Source: Anaerolineales bacterium (GTDB lineage Bacteria; Chloroflexota; Anaerolineae; Anaerolineales; E44-bin32). Taken from it: a stretch of DNA of 59,162 bases. The DNA is taken from the NCBI GenBank assembly GCA_041573795.1, contig JBFFQB010000003.1, positions 1 through 59,162 on the forward strand, in the 5' to 3' direction. This document shows, one piece after another, positions 1 to 9,859 of the stretch. Each line of letters starts with the position of its first letter. Position 1 is the first letter of the stretch. A program made the position numbers and the translations under genes. A model generated the notes under the pieces. That model was not told where the DNA came from. It made no database searches and worked only from the letters and a program-made list of their open reading frames with translations.

Positions 1-997
1 CTTGGGCCGGAAGAATGGCTTTGGCATAGCGCAGAAGGGGCTCACCGTTGCCGATACGTGCGACGCCATAGAGTAGGACCGTGATGCTCAAATATAGTAT
101 GCACAGCATGCCGATATAGATTCCGAGTGCTTTGATGATGCTGCCCCCGGCTTGCGCGCTGATGGGCAGAATCAGGGCGAATACGCCTATTGGTCCAACC
201 CACAATATCCAATGCACCATCTGGATGACCGTGTCAGCAATGCCCTGGAAAAAGCCGACAATCTGGTTTCGTCGATCGGAATCAATCTGCGTTAAGGCAA
301 ATGCGAACAGCAAGGTGAAAGCCACCAACTGAACCGAATACAAAAGAATGTGAATGCGGGTCTCCCGCTCACCGACAACTACCGGCAGCATCGGTACACC
401 AGCCCGGGCATAATCACGCTCTTTAAGCAGTGCCAGAGCCCAGAAATGGGGCGGCGTCCAAAAGAAAATCAAGGCGAAGAGAAAGAAGGCAGGTATGCTC
501 AAGCTGCCGGTTACTGCGGACCAACCGACCAGCGGAGGAATCGCACCAGCACCCCCACCCACAACGATATTCTGCGGCGTGCTGGGCTTCAACCATAGAC
601 TATAAAATACGACGTAATAAAAAATACCAAACGCCGCCAGGATAGCGCTGAGGGGATTTACGAATGCAGCCAGGATTCCAACACCCGCCAAACACAGAAT
701 GATGCCAAATCGCACAACCTGCGTGCCGTTCAGCCGCCCATCCGGCAGTGGGCGTTTACTGGTGCGAGTCATGGCTTTATCGCGATCACGATCAATATAC
801 TGGTTGATCGCGCTGGCACCGCCCGCCGTGAGTCCACCCCCTAAGAGCGTCCAGAAGACGAGGTTGAAAGCAGGGAATCGTCCGGCGCCCACGATCATGG
901 CGGCAAACGTGGTCACGAGCAGCAACGCCACCACAATGGGTTTCGTGAGCAGAAGGTAATCCTTCCATGCTGTGCGTCTTGGGGGGGAAGAAATCAT
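1..997 (-). CDS. ctaB: Protoheme IX farnesyltransferase (heme O synthase, CtaB/CyoE), N-terminal ~2/3. The frame stays open to the window edge, but below ~nt 320 it reads like a DAACS (GltP-type) symporter segment.
   Basis: This is my own minus-strand translation; the ORF has no stop in the window, so it is absent from the ORF track. ATG at 997 (AGGA upstream) gives MISSPPRRTAWKDYLLLTKPIVVALLLVTTFA. Further on it reads FALIFFWTPPHFWALALLKERDYARAGVPMLPVVVGERETRIHILLYSVQL, which are CtaB hallmarks. It lies 35 nt downstream of the oxidase subunit IV gene. The same frame then reads FALTQIDSDRRNQIVGFFQGIADTVIQMVHWILWVGPIGVFALILPISAQAGG, which is not CtaB-like. Confidence 0.75.
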   Translation of the reverse strand, partial: MISSPPRRTAWKDYLLLTKPIVVALLLVTTFAAMIVGAGRFPAFNLVFWTLLGGGLTAGGASAINQYIDRDRDKAMTRTSKRPLPDGRLNGTQVVRFGIILCLAGVGILAAFVNPLSAILAAFGIFYYVVFYSLWLKPSTPQNIVVGGGAGAIPPLVGWSAVTGSLSIPAFFLFALIFFWTPPHFWALALLKERDYARAGVPMLPVVVGERETRIHILLYSVQLVAFTLLFAFALTQIDSDRRNQIVGFFQGIADTVIQMVHWILWVGPIGVFALILPISAQAGGSIIKALGIYIGMLCILYLSITVLLYGVARIGNGEPLLRYAKAILPAQ

Positions 998-1032
998 ACG
1001 ATTATCCTGGCGCAGCCGCTGCGTGCCGCACC

Positions 1033-1320
1033 TTAACGGATGATCACGAGCAGCGCAAATACCAGCAGCAACGCCACGGGTATGATGAAAATGTATGTGT
1101 AGAAGCGATTGTCGCTGCGGAGGTGCATGTAAAAAGCAGCAACCAGGACCGCCTTGCCCAGCGAGAATACGACAAAGAGCGTATTAAGCAGACTGCGGGT
1201 CAGATTAAGTGACATGCTGGAGAGCAGCAATTCGATCAGTGTAATAAGCGCCAACGCAAAGAAGACAAGAACGTAGGCACGCACGGATTTCTTTTTCGTC
1301 ACGCTAGAGGATCCTTCCAT
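1033..1320 (-). CDS. Cytochrome c oxidase subunit IV (small prokaryotic COX4-type membrane subunit)
   Basis: The protein has two TM helices and the motif KAVLVAAFYMHLRSD typical of bacterial subunit IV. It sits directly after ctaE. I chose the ATG at 1320 (GGGAAGG SD 6 nt upstream) over the track start at 1389, which would overlap ctaE. Confidence 0.7.
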   Translation of the reverse strand: MEGSSSVTKKKSVRAYVLVFFALALITLIELLLSSMSLNLTRSLLNTLFVVFSLGKAVLVAAFYMHLRSDNRFYTYIFIIPVALLLVFALLVIIR

Positions 1321-1331
1321 GTGGACCTTCC

Positions 1332-1928
1332 CTAAATCAAGTAAATGATCGTGAAGAGCACGATCCAAACGATGTCTACAAAATGCCAATAGAGACCGAA
1401 TATTTCTACGCCAATATGATCATCGCGGCTATATCCCCCTCGGACCGCTTTCGCTAGCGTGGCCAGAGCCCAGCCAACCCCGATCAACACATGCAGGCCG
1501 TGGAATCCGGTCAGGGTGAAGAAACTCGATCCAAATACGCTACTACTGAGGGTCACACCTTCCTGATAGAGCGCCACAAACTCATAGACCTGACCCGCCA
1601 AGAAGACGGTGCCAAGCAGTGCCGTCAGTCCGAGGAAGCGCATGAGACCTGCCCGATCGTCGTTTTGGGCTCGCGCCAATCCCAGGACAACGGTAAAACT
1701 GGAGGTCAGGAGAATGAAGGTATTAATCCCCACGAGGGTGACGTCAAGCAACGCGGTTTCTACCGGAGAGGGGGTATTGACCTTGTAATGCAAAAAGGCT
1801 GCAATCAATCCACCGAAGAACATGACTTCGGAACCAACAAAAAGCCACATCCCCAGTTTTAGATGATCGAGGCCCAGCGCTTTTCCGGCGCGAAAATGCT
1901 CATCTTGTGCTGTATTCTGAACACTCAT
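1332..1928 (-). CDS. ctaE: Cytochrome c oxidase subunit III
   Basis: Motifs GMWLFVGSEVMFFGGL, TGFHGLHVLIGV and YWHFVDIVWIVLF. Position is immediately downstream of subunit I. Confidence 0.92.
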   Translation of the reverse strand: MSVQNTAQDEHFRAGKALGLDHLKLGMWLFVGSEVMFFGGLIAAFLHYKVNTPSPVETALLDVTLVGINTFILLTSSFTVVLGLARAQNDDRAGLMRFLGLTALLGTVFLAGQVYEFVALYQEGVTLSSSVFGSSFFTLTGFHGLHVLIGVGWALATLAKAVRGGYSRDDHIGVEIFGLYWHFVDIVWIVLFTIIYLI

Positions 1929-1937
1929 GCTTGTCTC

Positions 1938-3566
1938 TCAGTCTCCGGCCGAAGCGGAAGCTTCGGAAGCATCTGCAGGTGATACCTTTTCACCAAAATC
2001 ATAGGGCCAGCGAGATAATACTGGCGCAGTCTCAAAATTATGTTCCGGTGGAGGTGAGCTGGTCTGCCATTCGAGCGTCAACGCTTCCCAGGGGTTATCG
2101 CCTGCCTTGGGACCCTTTATCCAACTGATGATGACGTTATAAAGAAACGGCAAGGTTGAAATGCCAAGCAGGAAGGCACCCAATGTCGCCAGCTGATTGT
2201 AAATGGCAAATTCCGGGGCGTAATCAGCCACACGCCGAGGCATGCCAAGCAAGCCTGCCACAAACAAGGGTAAATAGCTCAAGTTGGTGCCCAGAAAATT
2301 GAGCCAGAAATGGGTTGCGCCCAGCCGCTCGTCGTACTGCCTCCCTGTGATCTTCGGAAACCAGTAGTAAAGTGCGGCATAAACCGCAGAAACACTTCCG
2401 CCAAACAAGACAAAATGCAGGTGGGCGACGACAAAGTACGTGTCGTGAACATGCAGATCTACGGGGATAGAGGCCAGAAAGATTCCTGTGATTCCACCGA
2501 TGAGGAAAAGCGAGATAAATCCCAGGGCGAATAGCATGGGTGTGTTGAAGCGCAACTTCCCTTCCCACATCGTGGCGAGCCAGGAGAAGATCTTAATGCC
2601 AGTGGGCACAGCGATGATCATGGAGGTAATCATGAAGGGGATACGTAGGGCCGGATTCATGCCGCTGGTAAACATATGGTGTGCCCAAACGGTCAATCCC
2701 AGAACACTGATCGCCATACTCGAGATGGCAATGGCTTTGTAGCCGAAAATGGGTTTACGGGAGAAGACCGGGAAGACTTCTGAGATTACACCCATTGCCG
2801 GCAAAATCATGATGTAGACCGCCGGGTGGGAGTAGAACCAAAAGACGTTCTGCCAAAATATGGGGTTCCCGCCTGCGGCGACGGCGAAAAAGAGTGTCCC
2901 CGCAAGGCGATCCATGGCGATCAAAACCAAACCGGCTGTCAATACAGGTGTTGCCAGCAAGACCATCAGCGCGGTGGCAAGCATTCCCCAGACAAACAGG
3001 GGAAGATCCCAAAACCCCATTCCTTCCGCCCGCATGGTTAAAACCGTAGTTACAAAATTAATGGCGCCAAATATTGAGGAAAAACCCAGGAGCACAACGC
3101 TGACTGCCCATACGGTCTGTCCCATAGGAGCCGTAACAGACAAGGGGACATAGGCCGTCCATCCGCTCTCTGCCGCGCCAACAAAGAAGCTAGCGATCAT
3201 GAGCACTCCAGCCGGAGGGATCAACCAGAATGAAAGCGCATTCAGGTTCGGGAAGGCCATATCGCGCGCCCCGATCATCAGCGGGATGAGGTAATTGCCC
3301 AAACCAGCCAAGACAGGAATGATCCAAAGAAAGATCATCACTGAGCCGTGATTGGTTAGAAAGCGGTTATATTCAACGCCGTTAAGCAGATCTTGGCCTG
3401 GTTGAGCCAACTCAGTTCGAATCAGCATCGCCAAAGCCCCACCCACCATAAAGAAAAAGAATGTTGTCACCAGGTACTGGATCCCAATCACCTTATGATC
3501 GGTATTCCAGCGGAAGTATCGGCGCCACTCAATTGGCTTGGAAGCCGTTGGGGTCTCAACGCTCAT
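1938..3566 (-). CDS. ctaD: Cytochrome c oxidase subunit I (heme-copper oxidase, A-type)
   Basis: 542 aa with WFYSHPAVYIMILP, HHMF and VVAHLHFVLFGG motifs; about 12 TM helices. Confidence 0.98.
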   Translation of the reverse strand: MSVETPTASKPIEWRRYFRWNTDHKVIGIQYLVTTFFFFMVGGALAMLIRTELAQPGQDLLNGVEYNRFLTNHGSVMIFLWIIPVLAGLGNYLIPLMIGARDMAFPNLNALSFWLIPPAGVLMIASFFVGAAESGWTAYVPLSVTAPMGQTVWAVSVVLLGFSSIFGAINFVTTVLTMRAEGMGFWDLPLFVWGMLATALMVLLATPVLTAGLVLIAMDRLAGTLFFAVAAGGNPIFWQNVFWFYSHPAVYIMILPAMGVISEVFPVFSRKPIFGYKAIAISSMAISVLGLTVWAHHMFTSGMNPALRIPFMITSMIIAVPTGIKIFSWLATMWEGKLRFNTPMLFALGFISLFLIGGITGIFLASIPVDLHVHDTYFVVAHLHFVLFGGSVSAVYAALYYWFPKITGRQYDERLGATHFWLNFLGTNLSYLPLFVAGLLGMPRRVADYAPEFAIYNQLATLGAFLLGISTLPFLYNVIISWIKGPKAGDNPWEALTLEWQTSSPPPEHNFETAPVLSRWPYDFGEKVSPADASEASASAGD

Positions 3567-3587
3567 CGTTGCGTCTTCTCCTATCCC

Positions 3588-4634
3588 TTATTGCGTCAAC
3601 ATGTACTCTACCAGGGCATCGATCTGCTCTGGGGTCATGAGTTCTGTATATATCAGGGGCATCACACCTTCAGCAAACCCCTCGACGACATAGCTATTGG
3701 GGTCAGTAATGGAGGCGTAGAGATACTCTTCTGCGCCCAACCCGTCAACCCGGCTGGCTGCGATGTTTGAAATCCCGTCAAGTGCCGGCCCGACGATGCC
3801 TGCCCCTCCCCCATCAGATAGCAGGTGGCATGCACCACAACCAAACTCAACAAAAACGCTGCGCCCATCCGGTGCGACGCTCGTATCTCCGTCATCATCG
3901 GCCAATCCGCCTTCTACGGCATCACGGCCACCGGCAGCGATCCATGCATCGAATTGCTCATGGGTCTCGACAACCACTTCGCCAACCATGGCTGCATGCC
4001 CTGCTCCGCAGAGCTCGGCACAGCGGATGGGATAGCGTCCAAGTTGCGTTGGGGTGATCGTCAATTCATCAATCTGCCCAGGAGTAGCATCTCGCTTCAA
4101 TCTGAACTCTGGCACCCAGAATGAGTGGATCACGTCCTTGGCCTCAATCTGGAATTGCACCGGTCGATCCACTGGCAAATGGAGTGAGGAAGACGTGACC
4201 CCACTCTCGGGGTATTCGAAGCTCCAGATAAATTGCTGTCCGATCACCCGTACGACAAGCGGTGAGTCGACCGGTCGCTCAATCTGTGTCAATACGCGGT
4301 AGGAATAGATACTTATCACGATAACAATAATGGCAGGGACGAGAGTCCAGACGATTTCAAGCGTATTATTGCCATGAATCGCGGGCCCTTCAGTTTCATC
4401 ACCGGCACGTCGACGGAAGCGAATGACAGCATAGATCAGCGCGCCCTCAACCAAAAGGAAGATCACAACCGCGACCCCCATGAGGAAGTTGAAGAGCTTG
4501 TCTACCAGGACCGAACTTGTGGCTGCCTGTTCCGGCATGAGGCCGCTGAGATCAACCTGGGTTGCGACCAGATAGCCAATGATGACTAAAACTAAGCTTA
4601 GGACGACAAGAGTGAATATGGTGCGTTCTCTCAC
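3588..4634 (-). CDS. ctaC: Cytochrome c oxidase subunit II with a fused C-terminal cytochrome c domain (caa3-type)
   Basis: CuA site CAELCGAGHAAM; C-terminal heme c motif CGACH with a downstream Met. GTG start at 4634. Confidence 0.95.
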   Translation of the reverse strand: MRERTIFTLVVLSLVLVIIGYLVATQVDLSGLMPEQAATSSVLVDKLFNFLMGVAVVIFLLVEGALIYAVIRFRRRAGDETEGPAIHGNNTLEIVWTLVPAIIVIVISIYSYRVLTQIERPVDSPLVVRVIGQQFIWSFEYPESGVTSSSLHLPVDRPVQFQIEAKDVIHSFWVPEFRLKRDATPGQIDELTITPTQLGRYPIRCAELCGAGHAAMVGEVVVETHEQFDAWIAAGGRDAVEGGLADDDGDTSVAPDGRSVFVEFGCGACHLLSDGGGAGIVGPALDGISNIAASRVDGLGAEEYLYASITDPNSYVVEGFAEGVMPLIYTELMTPEQIDALVEYMLTQ

Positions 4635-4786
4635 CGTAGCTGCACCTCCATCGCTGCTATGAGCGATTTCCCTGCAATTTGGGTTGTGAACTTTGGGATA
4701 ACTCTGGGTACTCAGGCACTGCCTTACCCGAGCCTACCTTCCCCCCGCTTTCATTCTCCATTTTGCAATTTCGGTTGACGCAAGGG

Positions 4787-4815
4787 ATTGTACCACTACC
4801 ATCCAAATCTGCCAA
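4787..4815 (-). promoter_or_regulatory. Candidate sigma-70-type promoter of the cytochrome oxidase operon
   Basis: The minus strand reads TTGGCA, then a 17 nt spacer, then TGGTACAAT (extended -10), about 150 nt upstream of the ctaC start. Pattern match only. Confidence 0.35.
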
Positions 4816-4943
4816 TTTATGATCTAGTTTGTCCAATATTTAACCGTATCAGTGCGCCACCTGCTCAAGAATGGGCCGGTGACGCACACGCCATAGTTCG
4901 ACTAAGTTTTAAGGACCTTTCACCCCCCAGCCTGTGTCGGGTA

Positions 4944-5792
4944 CTACAGCACTGTTGAAAACGCTATGCCCACGGTACCGGGCCCAACATGCGTCCCTAC
5001 CGCAGGGCTCACCTCGGACATGAAAGCTTCGATTGGATTGAGCCGCTCGCGGGCTTGATCCAGCAAGTAACGGGCATCTTCTTCCGCTGCTGCGTGTAAG
5101 CTTGCCAGACGAATATTAGGCTTTCCTGCCGCTTCCTGTTCAACAACATCGAGGAGTCGGGCGAAGGCTTTCTTCTTCGTCCGAACAGATTCAAAGGACT
5201 CAATCCTTCCATCGACGACATTTAAAATGGGCTTCATACTTAAGGCGGTTCCGATCAGGCGTTTTGCCCCGCCAATCCGACCCCCACGATGGAGGAACTC
5301 GAGGGTGTCGACGACAAAATAGACACCGGTATAGTTCTTGGCATCATCGGCTAATGCGACAACTTCCTCGAAGGATTTCCCTGCATCGGCTGCACGAACC
5401 GCTGCGAGCACCTGAAATCCAAGCTCCATCGCCGCTGACTTTGAATTGACCAATTCAATCGTTGCGCCGGGAAACATCTCCTTGGCTTGCGTGGCGGATT
5501 GGATCGTCCCGGAAAGTAAATCTGAGACCAGGATTGCGACAATTGGACGACCCTCAGCCACAATCGGCTCAAAAATCTTGTGGAAATACGCCACCGTCGC
5601 CTGCGATGTGGTCGGCATCACCTTTGTATTGTTTAACCGCTCATAGAACTCAGCGGGTTGAATATCAATCCCATCAAGTAAGCTCTCTTCACCCCAGATT
5701 GAAATCTGTGGGGCGACGATGATCTCGTATTTTTCGACGAGATCTTTTGGGATATAGGATGTACTATCAGTGACGAAAGCTATACGAGACAT
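4944..5792 (-). CDS. DegV family fatty-acid-binding protein
   Basis: 282 aa. N-terminus IAFVTDSTSYIP, TSQATV and the overall DegV layout. Confidence 0.88.
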   Translation of the reverse strand: MSRIAFVTDSTSYIPKDLVEKYEIIVAPQISIWGEESLLDGIDIQPAEFYERLNNTKVMPTTSQATVAYFHKIFEPIVAEGRPIVAILVSDLLSGTIQSATQAKEMFPGATIELVNSKSAAMELGFQVLAAVRAADAGKSFEEVVALADDAKNYTGVYFVVDTLEFLHRGGRIGGAKRLIGTALSMKPILNVVDGRIESFESVRTKKKAFARLLDVVEQEAAGKPNIRLASLHAAAEEDARYLLDQARERLNPIEAFMSEVSPAVGTHVGPGTVGIAFSTVL

Positions 5793-5884
5793 TCACGCCT
5801 CTCCTTTGGTCTAATTGGGTTGCTGTCAGTCAGCTCCTTTCAGTAAAACCCCGGGGTAGAGAAGAGGTTGCGCTTAGAGTATCG

Positions 5885-7606
5885 TTAGCGCTTCTTGAGC
5901 CAGGCATGAATATCCTTAGAAGATAGCGTGTTCAAAATAGATGCTGCTGGAGCTGCCGCCCGCCGTGCTGTGCCGACGCCATAGCGTTGGAAATCATAAT
6001 GATCAGGCGCGTGTGCGTCCGTGTTGATCGCCAGTCTGCAACCCAGTGATAACGCTATCCTGGCATGGCTGTCTTTCAGATCCAACCGCTCTGCATTGGC
6101 GTTGATCTCAAACACGACACCATGCTCTGACCCTTCCTTGAGGATTGCCTCTACATCCAGATCGGCAGGATCACGACGATTAATCAAGCGTCCGGTGAGG
6201 TGACCGATGATGTCAACATGCGGATTGCGGACCGCATTCAAAAGACGCTCTGTCACCTGCTGGCGCGGTTGTTTCAAGGAAGTATGCAGTGAAGCGATGA
6301 CGATATCCAGCTGTTCGAGGATTTCATCGGGATAATCAAGCGTCCCATCAGCCAGAATTTCAACCTCGCTTCCATGAAGAAGATTGATCTTCGTACCCAG
6401 TTTCTTGCGGACTTTCTCAATCTCAATCTTTTGTTCCATGAGTCGTTCCACCGACAGCCCGTTGGCAATACCCAGACTGCGCGAGTGGTCCGAGATGACC
6501 AGATATTCCATCCCGCGCTCTATTGCGGCTTGTGCCATTTGCTCGATATCGGCTTTGCCGTCGCTCCAAGTGCTATGGGCATGCAATTCACCACGCAGGT
6601 TCTCCAGGGCCACAAGATCCGAGAAAGTTCCCTCCCTGGCAGCCGAAAATTCGCCCTGATCCTCACGCAATTCCGGGGGGATCCAAGCTAAATTCAGCGC
6701 CGTATATACATCCGCCTCTTCAGCACAGAGTAGTTCCCCTCCACCTTCTCGCTTAAAACCATGTTCGGACAGCGATAAGCCTTCTTTCAACGCGAGCTCG
6801 CGCAAGCGGACATTATGAGCTTGAGACCCGGTGGCATACTGCCAGGCACTGCCAAATCGCTCCGGCGGATGTACCCAGACCTGAACCCGCATCCCGTCCA
6901 ATAGTTCTACACTCGTTTTTGTCTCCCCCTGTGCAAGCACTCGCTCCACTTGCGGTAGCTTCACAAAGCGATCCATAACCTTTGAAGGGGAGGGAGATGC
7001 TACGATCAGATCAAGATCGCCTATTGTCTCGCGAGAACGTCGTAAGCTACCCGCCGCTTCGATGCGCTCAACCTCACGGAACTCTCGCATTGCTTCAATT
7101 AGGCTCTGCGACGTTACCCAAGCATCATGGAGTAACGATCTTTCCGTAGCTCTTTCCTTCAATGCTTGAATGCCTTCAAGTACCTTCTGCTCTGATTTTG
7201 GACCCATTCCGCTGAGCTGCCGCAGCTTCCCAGCTTGGGCAGCTTCTTGAAGCTCATCGATTGACGTGATATCCGCCTCTTTCCAGAAGAGCGCCACCTT
7301 TTTCGGCCCTACCCCCTCAACTTTAAGCAGGTCAATTAACCCGGGGGGAATCTCGCTTGCGAGTTTTTCATAAAACTCAAGGCGATCCGTTCGAATCATC
7401 TCATCGATCTTGCCGGCGATCGCTTTGCCAACCCCAGGGATATCCTCCAGCTCGCCCTCTTCCCAGATCGCCCGAATATCCCGCCCCAATCCGCGCAGGG
7501 TCTCTGCAGCCCGACGATAGGCAAGGATACGGTAGATCGCTTCTCCTTTGATCTCCATTAAATTGGCAACCGCCTCAAAGGTATCCGCCATCGCGCGATT
7601 GTTCAT
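5885..7606 (-). CDS. polX: DNA polymerase X family protein with a C-terminal PHP domain (PolX)
   Basis: 573 aa. N-terminal HhH / pol beta-like region (GVGKAIAGKI, GVGPKK, GDLDLIV). C-terminal PHP metal motifs (GELHAHSTWSDG, ISDHS, NTDAH). Confidence 0.92.
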   Translation of the reverse strand: MNNRAMADTFEAVANLMEIKGEAIYRILAYRRAAETLRGLGRDIRAIWEEGELEDIPGVGKAIAGKIDEMIRTDRLEFYEKLASEIPPGLIDLLKVEGVGPKKVALFWKEADITSIDELQEAAQAGKLRQLSGMGPKSEQKVLEGIQALKERATERSLLHDAWVTSQSLIEAMREFREVERIEAAGSLRRSRETIGDLDLIVASPSPSKVMDRFVKLPQVERVLAQGETKTSVELLDGMRVQVWVHPPERFGSAWQYATGSQAHNVRLRELALKEGLSLSEHGFKREGGGELLCAEEADVYTALNLAWIPPELREDQGEFSAAREGTFSDLVALENLRGELHAHSTWSDGKADIEQMAQAAIERGMEYLVISDHSRSLGIANGLSVERLMEQKIEIEKVRKKLGTKINLLHGSEVEILADGTLDYPDEILEQLDIVIASLHTSLKQPRQQVTERLLNAVRNPHVDIIGHLTGRLINRRDPADLDVEAILKEGSEHGVVFEINANAERLDLKDSHARIALSLGCRLAINTDAHAPDHYDFQRYGVGTARRAAAPAASILNTLSSKDIHAWLKKR

Positions 7607-7619
7607 TCAATTATCTCCC

Positions 7620-8216
7620 TCATGGCCGTCCTTCAACCAGAACCAAGACAACGACCCACCTGTTTCCATCTCCCATAATACCGATACCTGCATAGCGATA
7701 ATCCGGATTGAAAAGGACTGCCCTATGATCCGGATCATCGAACCATGCCTCCAACGTGTTTGCTGGGACCTCTTGCAAATTAACCTGCGACGCAAAGATT
7801 AACTCTGCCGCCTGACCGGAATAGCCTCGTTCCTGAAGAGCTGATTCAACCAGGACTTGAGGGCTTCCTGGGTCGGAGTGATCGAGATAACCACGAACCG
7901 CCATGTCGATCGCTCTCTCATAACCCAAATCAATTAGTTTGGGCTCGATCACCCAGGGCAGGAGACCCTCCTGCACGCGTCGCAGGTTAATTGCATTGAT
8001 AATTGCATCGGCGCCAGTCGATATTGCAGCTTGCAGCACATCGGAGCTGCCCGTTTCACCGATGAAGTCGGAGGACTTTGTCGGGGTCGATACGCGGCCT
8101 GGTTCAGCGTTTCTTAAATCGAAACGACCTGCCAGCCCGCATCCTGTGAGCATTAAAAGAACGAAGAAATATCCCCACAAGCGCAGCAAGGGATCATCGA
8201 TGCTTTTGTATTTCAT
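7620..8216 (-). CDS. CAP/SCP-domain (YkwD-like) lipoprotein
   Basis: Lipobox LLMLTGC. C-terminal CAP-like HRAVLFNPDYRYAGIGI. The start is uncertain: GTG 8243, ATG 8234 or ATG 8216. A minus-strand TATAAT lies 7 nt upstream of the 8216 ATG, so the mRNA may be leaderless. Confidence 0.65.
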   Translation of the reverse strand: MKYKSIDDPLLRLWGYFFVLLMLTGCGLAGRFDLRNAEPGRVSTPTKSSDFIGETGSSDVLQAAISTGADAIINAINLRRVQEGLLPWVIEPKLIDLGYERAIDMAVRGYLDHSDPGSPQVLVESALQERGYSGQAAELIFASQVNLQEVPANTLEAWFDDPDHRAVLFNPDYRYAGIGIMGDGNRWVVVLVLVEGRP

Positions 8217-8729
8217 CCGTGAGATTATAACCATATCACGCACGTGAGACTGCTACCCAATTGCCCCTGTTGCTGGCCTGTGTTAGCCTAGACCCTCTTC
8301 ACCAGCAACATGAGTCTGAAGACATTTGCAGATTGAACTAAAATCGATTGTTCTCTACATGATCGAAGACCAACCGCTAAACGTATCTGAATCTGACCCC
8401 AGATTGCAATGGTGTTACTTCAACAGCAATACCAAGCAGCAGTGGAAAACATAGATCAGATCCCCCGATCCTGCTGCGATTACTCTACTGGTTGACCATA
8501 CGCAAGCACGGGAGGCGTGTGCGCAATGATACGAGGAGCTGAATCGAAGAAAGCCAAGGGTTGTTATCACCCATCTGGCACTACTTGCAAATGTCCAGGT
8601 GAATTAGCATATACATATCGGGCAGTCGGCGCGCCATTGATCCCTGCAAACAAGACCGGGCGCAATCGTCGTGAAGAGGCGTATTCTACACCTTCGATTG
8701 ATCATCTCCAGCGCCAGAGGCAGTTCTAA

Positions 8730-9797
8730 ATGGCCCATGAAATAATTGGTAATCTACATGTACACACACGCTATTCGGACGGACATGGGCAGCACGAAGA
8801 TGTTGCTATAGCCGCGCTGGACGCCGGCTTGGATTTTGTCGTGGTCACCGACCACAACGTCTGGGTTTCTGGCATGGATGATTATTACTACCGTGGACAG
8901 AAGCGGGTCTTGCTGCTCACAGGGGAAGAGGTCCATGACCAAGTAAGGAAACCTCAGAAAAACCACCTCCTGATCTATGAAACTCAACGCGAATTGGCGC
9001 ATTATGCTCCAGATCCACAAGAACTCATCGATCAAGCGGTTGAATCAGGAGGGCTTTGCTTTCTTGCTCACCCCACCGATCCGGCAGCCCCGACATTTAA
9101 TGAAGACGATCTTTCTTGGGTGGATTGGGATGTGCGTGGCTATCATGGCCTCGAACTATGGAATTTCATGAGTGAGTTTAAATCATTGCTCAAAAATCGA
9201 GCTCGGGCTCTTTTCTACGCCTTCAATCCACGCATGATTGCATCCGGTCCTTTTCCTGCGACCTTAGCACGCTGGGACCAGTTGCTTACAGCCGGGCGTC
9301 AGGTTAGCGTGATTGGGGGTTCGGATGCCCATGGCACACCAATGAGTATGGGTCCCATTCATCGGATCATCTTCCCCTATGATTTTCTTTTTCGGGCCAT
9401 CAACACCCATGTACTGATAGCAGAGGAACTGAGCGGGGATGTGCAGCGAGATCGCGAGCGCATCTTCTCTGCAGTCCGACGAGGTCAGGGTTTTGTGGGT
9501 AATGACCTGCCTGCCTCAACCCGTGGATTCCGATTCAATGCCCAGAGCGAGCAGGGCATCGTCGGTATGGGGGAGAGTGTCAGGATCCGATTTGGGGTAA
9601 CACTCCAAATTCATCTGCCCAAACCTGCGTCCATCCGACTTATTCATCGCGGCGCTGAGCTTCAACGCTGGGATGGAACCACTACGGCAGTCCACACCGT
9701 CACGGAGCCAGGCGCATACCGGGTAGAGGTGCACCTCCCCTATCGAGGGAAGATGCGCGGCTGGATCTATAGCAATCCCATCTACCTGACAGACTAA
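8730..9797 (+). CDS. PHP-domain metallohydrolase (CehA/McbA-like)
   Basis: N-terminal GNLHVHTRYSDGHG, VVVTDHN, and a later GGSDAHG motif. Confidence 0.8.
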   Translation: MAHEIIGNLHVHTRYSDGHGQHEDVAIAALDAGLDFVVVTDHNVWVSGMDDYYYRGQKRVLLLTGEEVHDQVRKPQKNHLLIYETQRELAHYAPDPQELIDQAVESGGLCFLAHPTDPAAPTFNEDDLSWVDWDVRGYHGLELWNFMSEFKSLLKNRARALFYAFNPRMIASGPFPATLARWDQLLTAGRQVSVIGGSDAHGTPMSMGPIHRIIFPYDFLFRAINTHVLIAEELSGDVQRDRERIFSAVRRGQGFVGNDLPASTRGFRFNAQSEQGIVGMGESVRIRFGVTLQIHLPKPASIRLIHRGAELQRWDGTTTAVHTVTEPGAYRVEVHLPYRGKMRGWIYSNPIYLTD

Positions 9798-9859
9798 AGC
9801 ACGATCAGCTTGGTCAAATGGTATAATCCTAGAACCTTTGTTCTGTCATTGAGGCCTGC

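Noticed and set aside
2224-4589. Numerous 60-125 codon ORFs on both strands inside ctaD and ctaC
   Set aside because: All are embedded in or antisense to high-confidence oxidase genes. Their R/P/S/G-rich compositions are typical of off-frame translation of GC-rich coding DNA.
8517-8729. A 70-codon ORF ending exactly at the start of the PHP hydrolase gene
   Set aside because: The composition is odd and low-complexity (C/G/R/K-rich), there is no SD, and it lies in a divergent promoter region. It is most likely non-coding.
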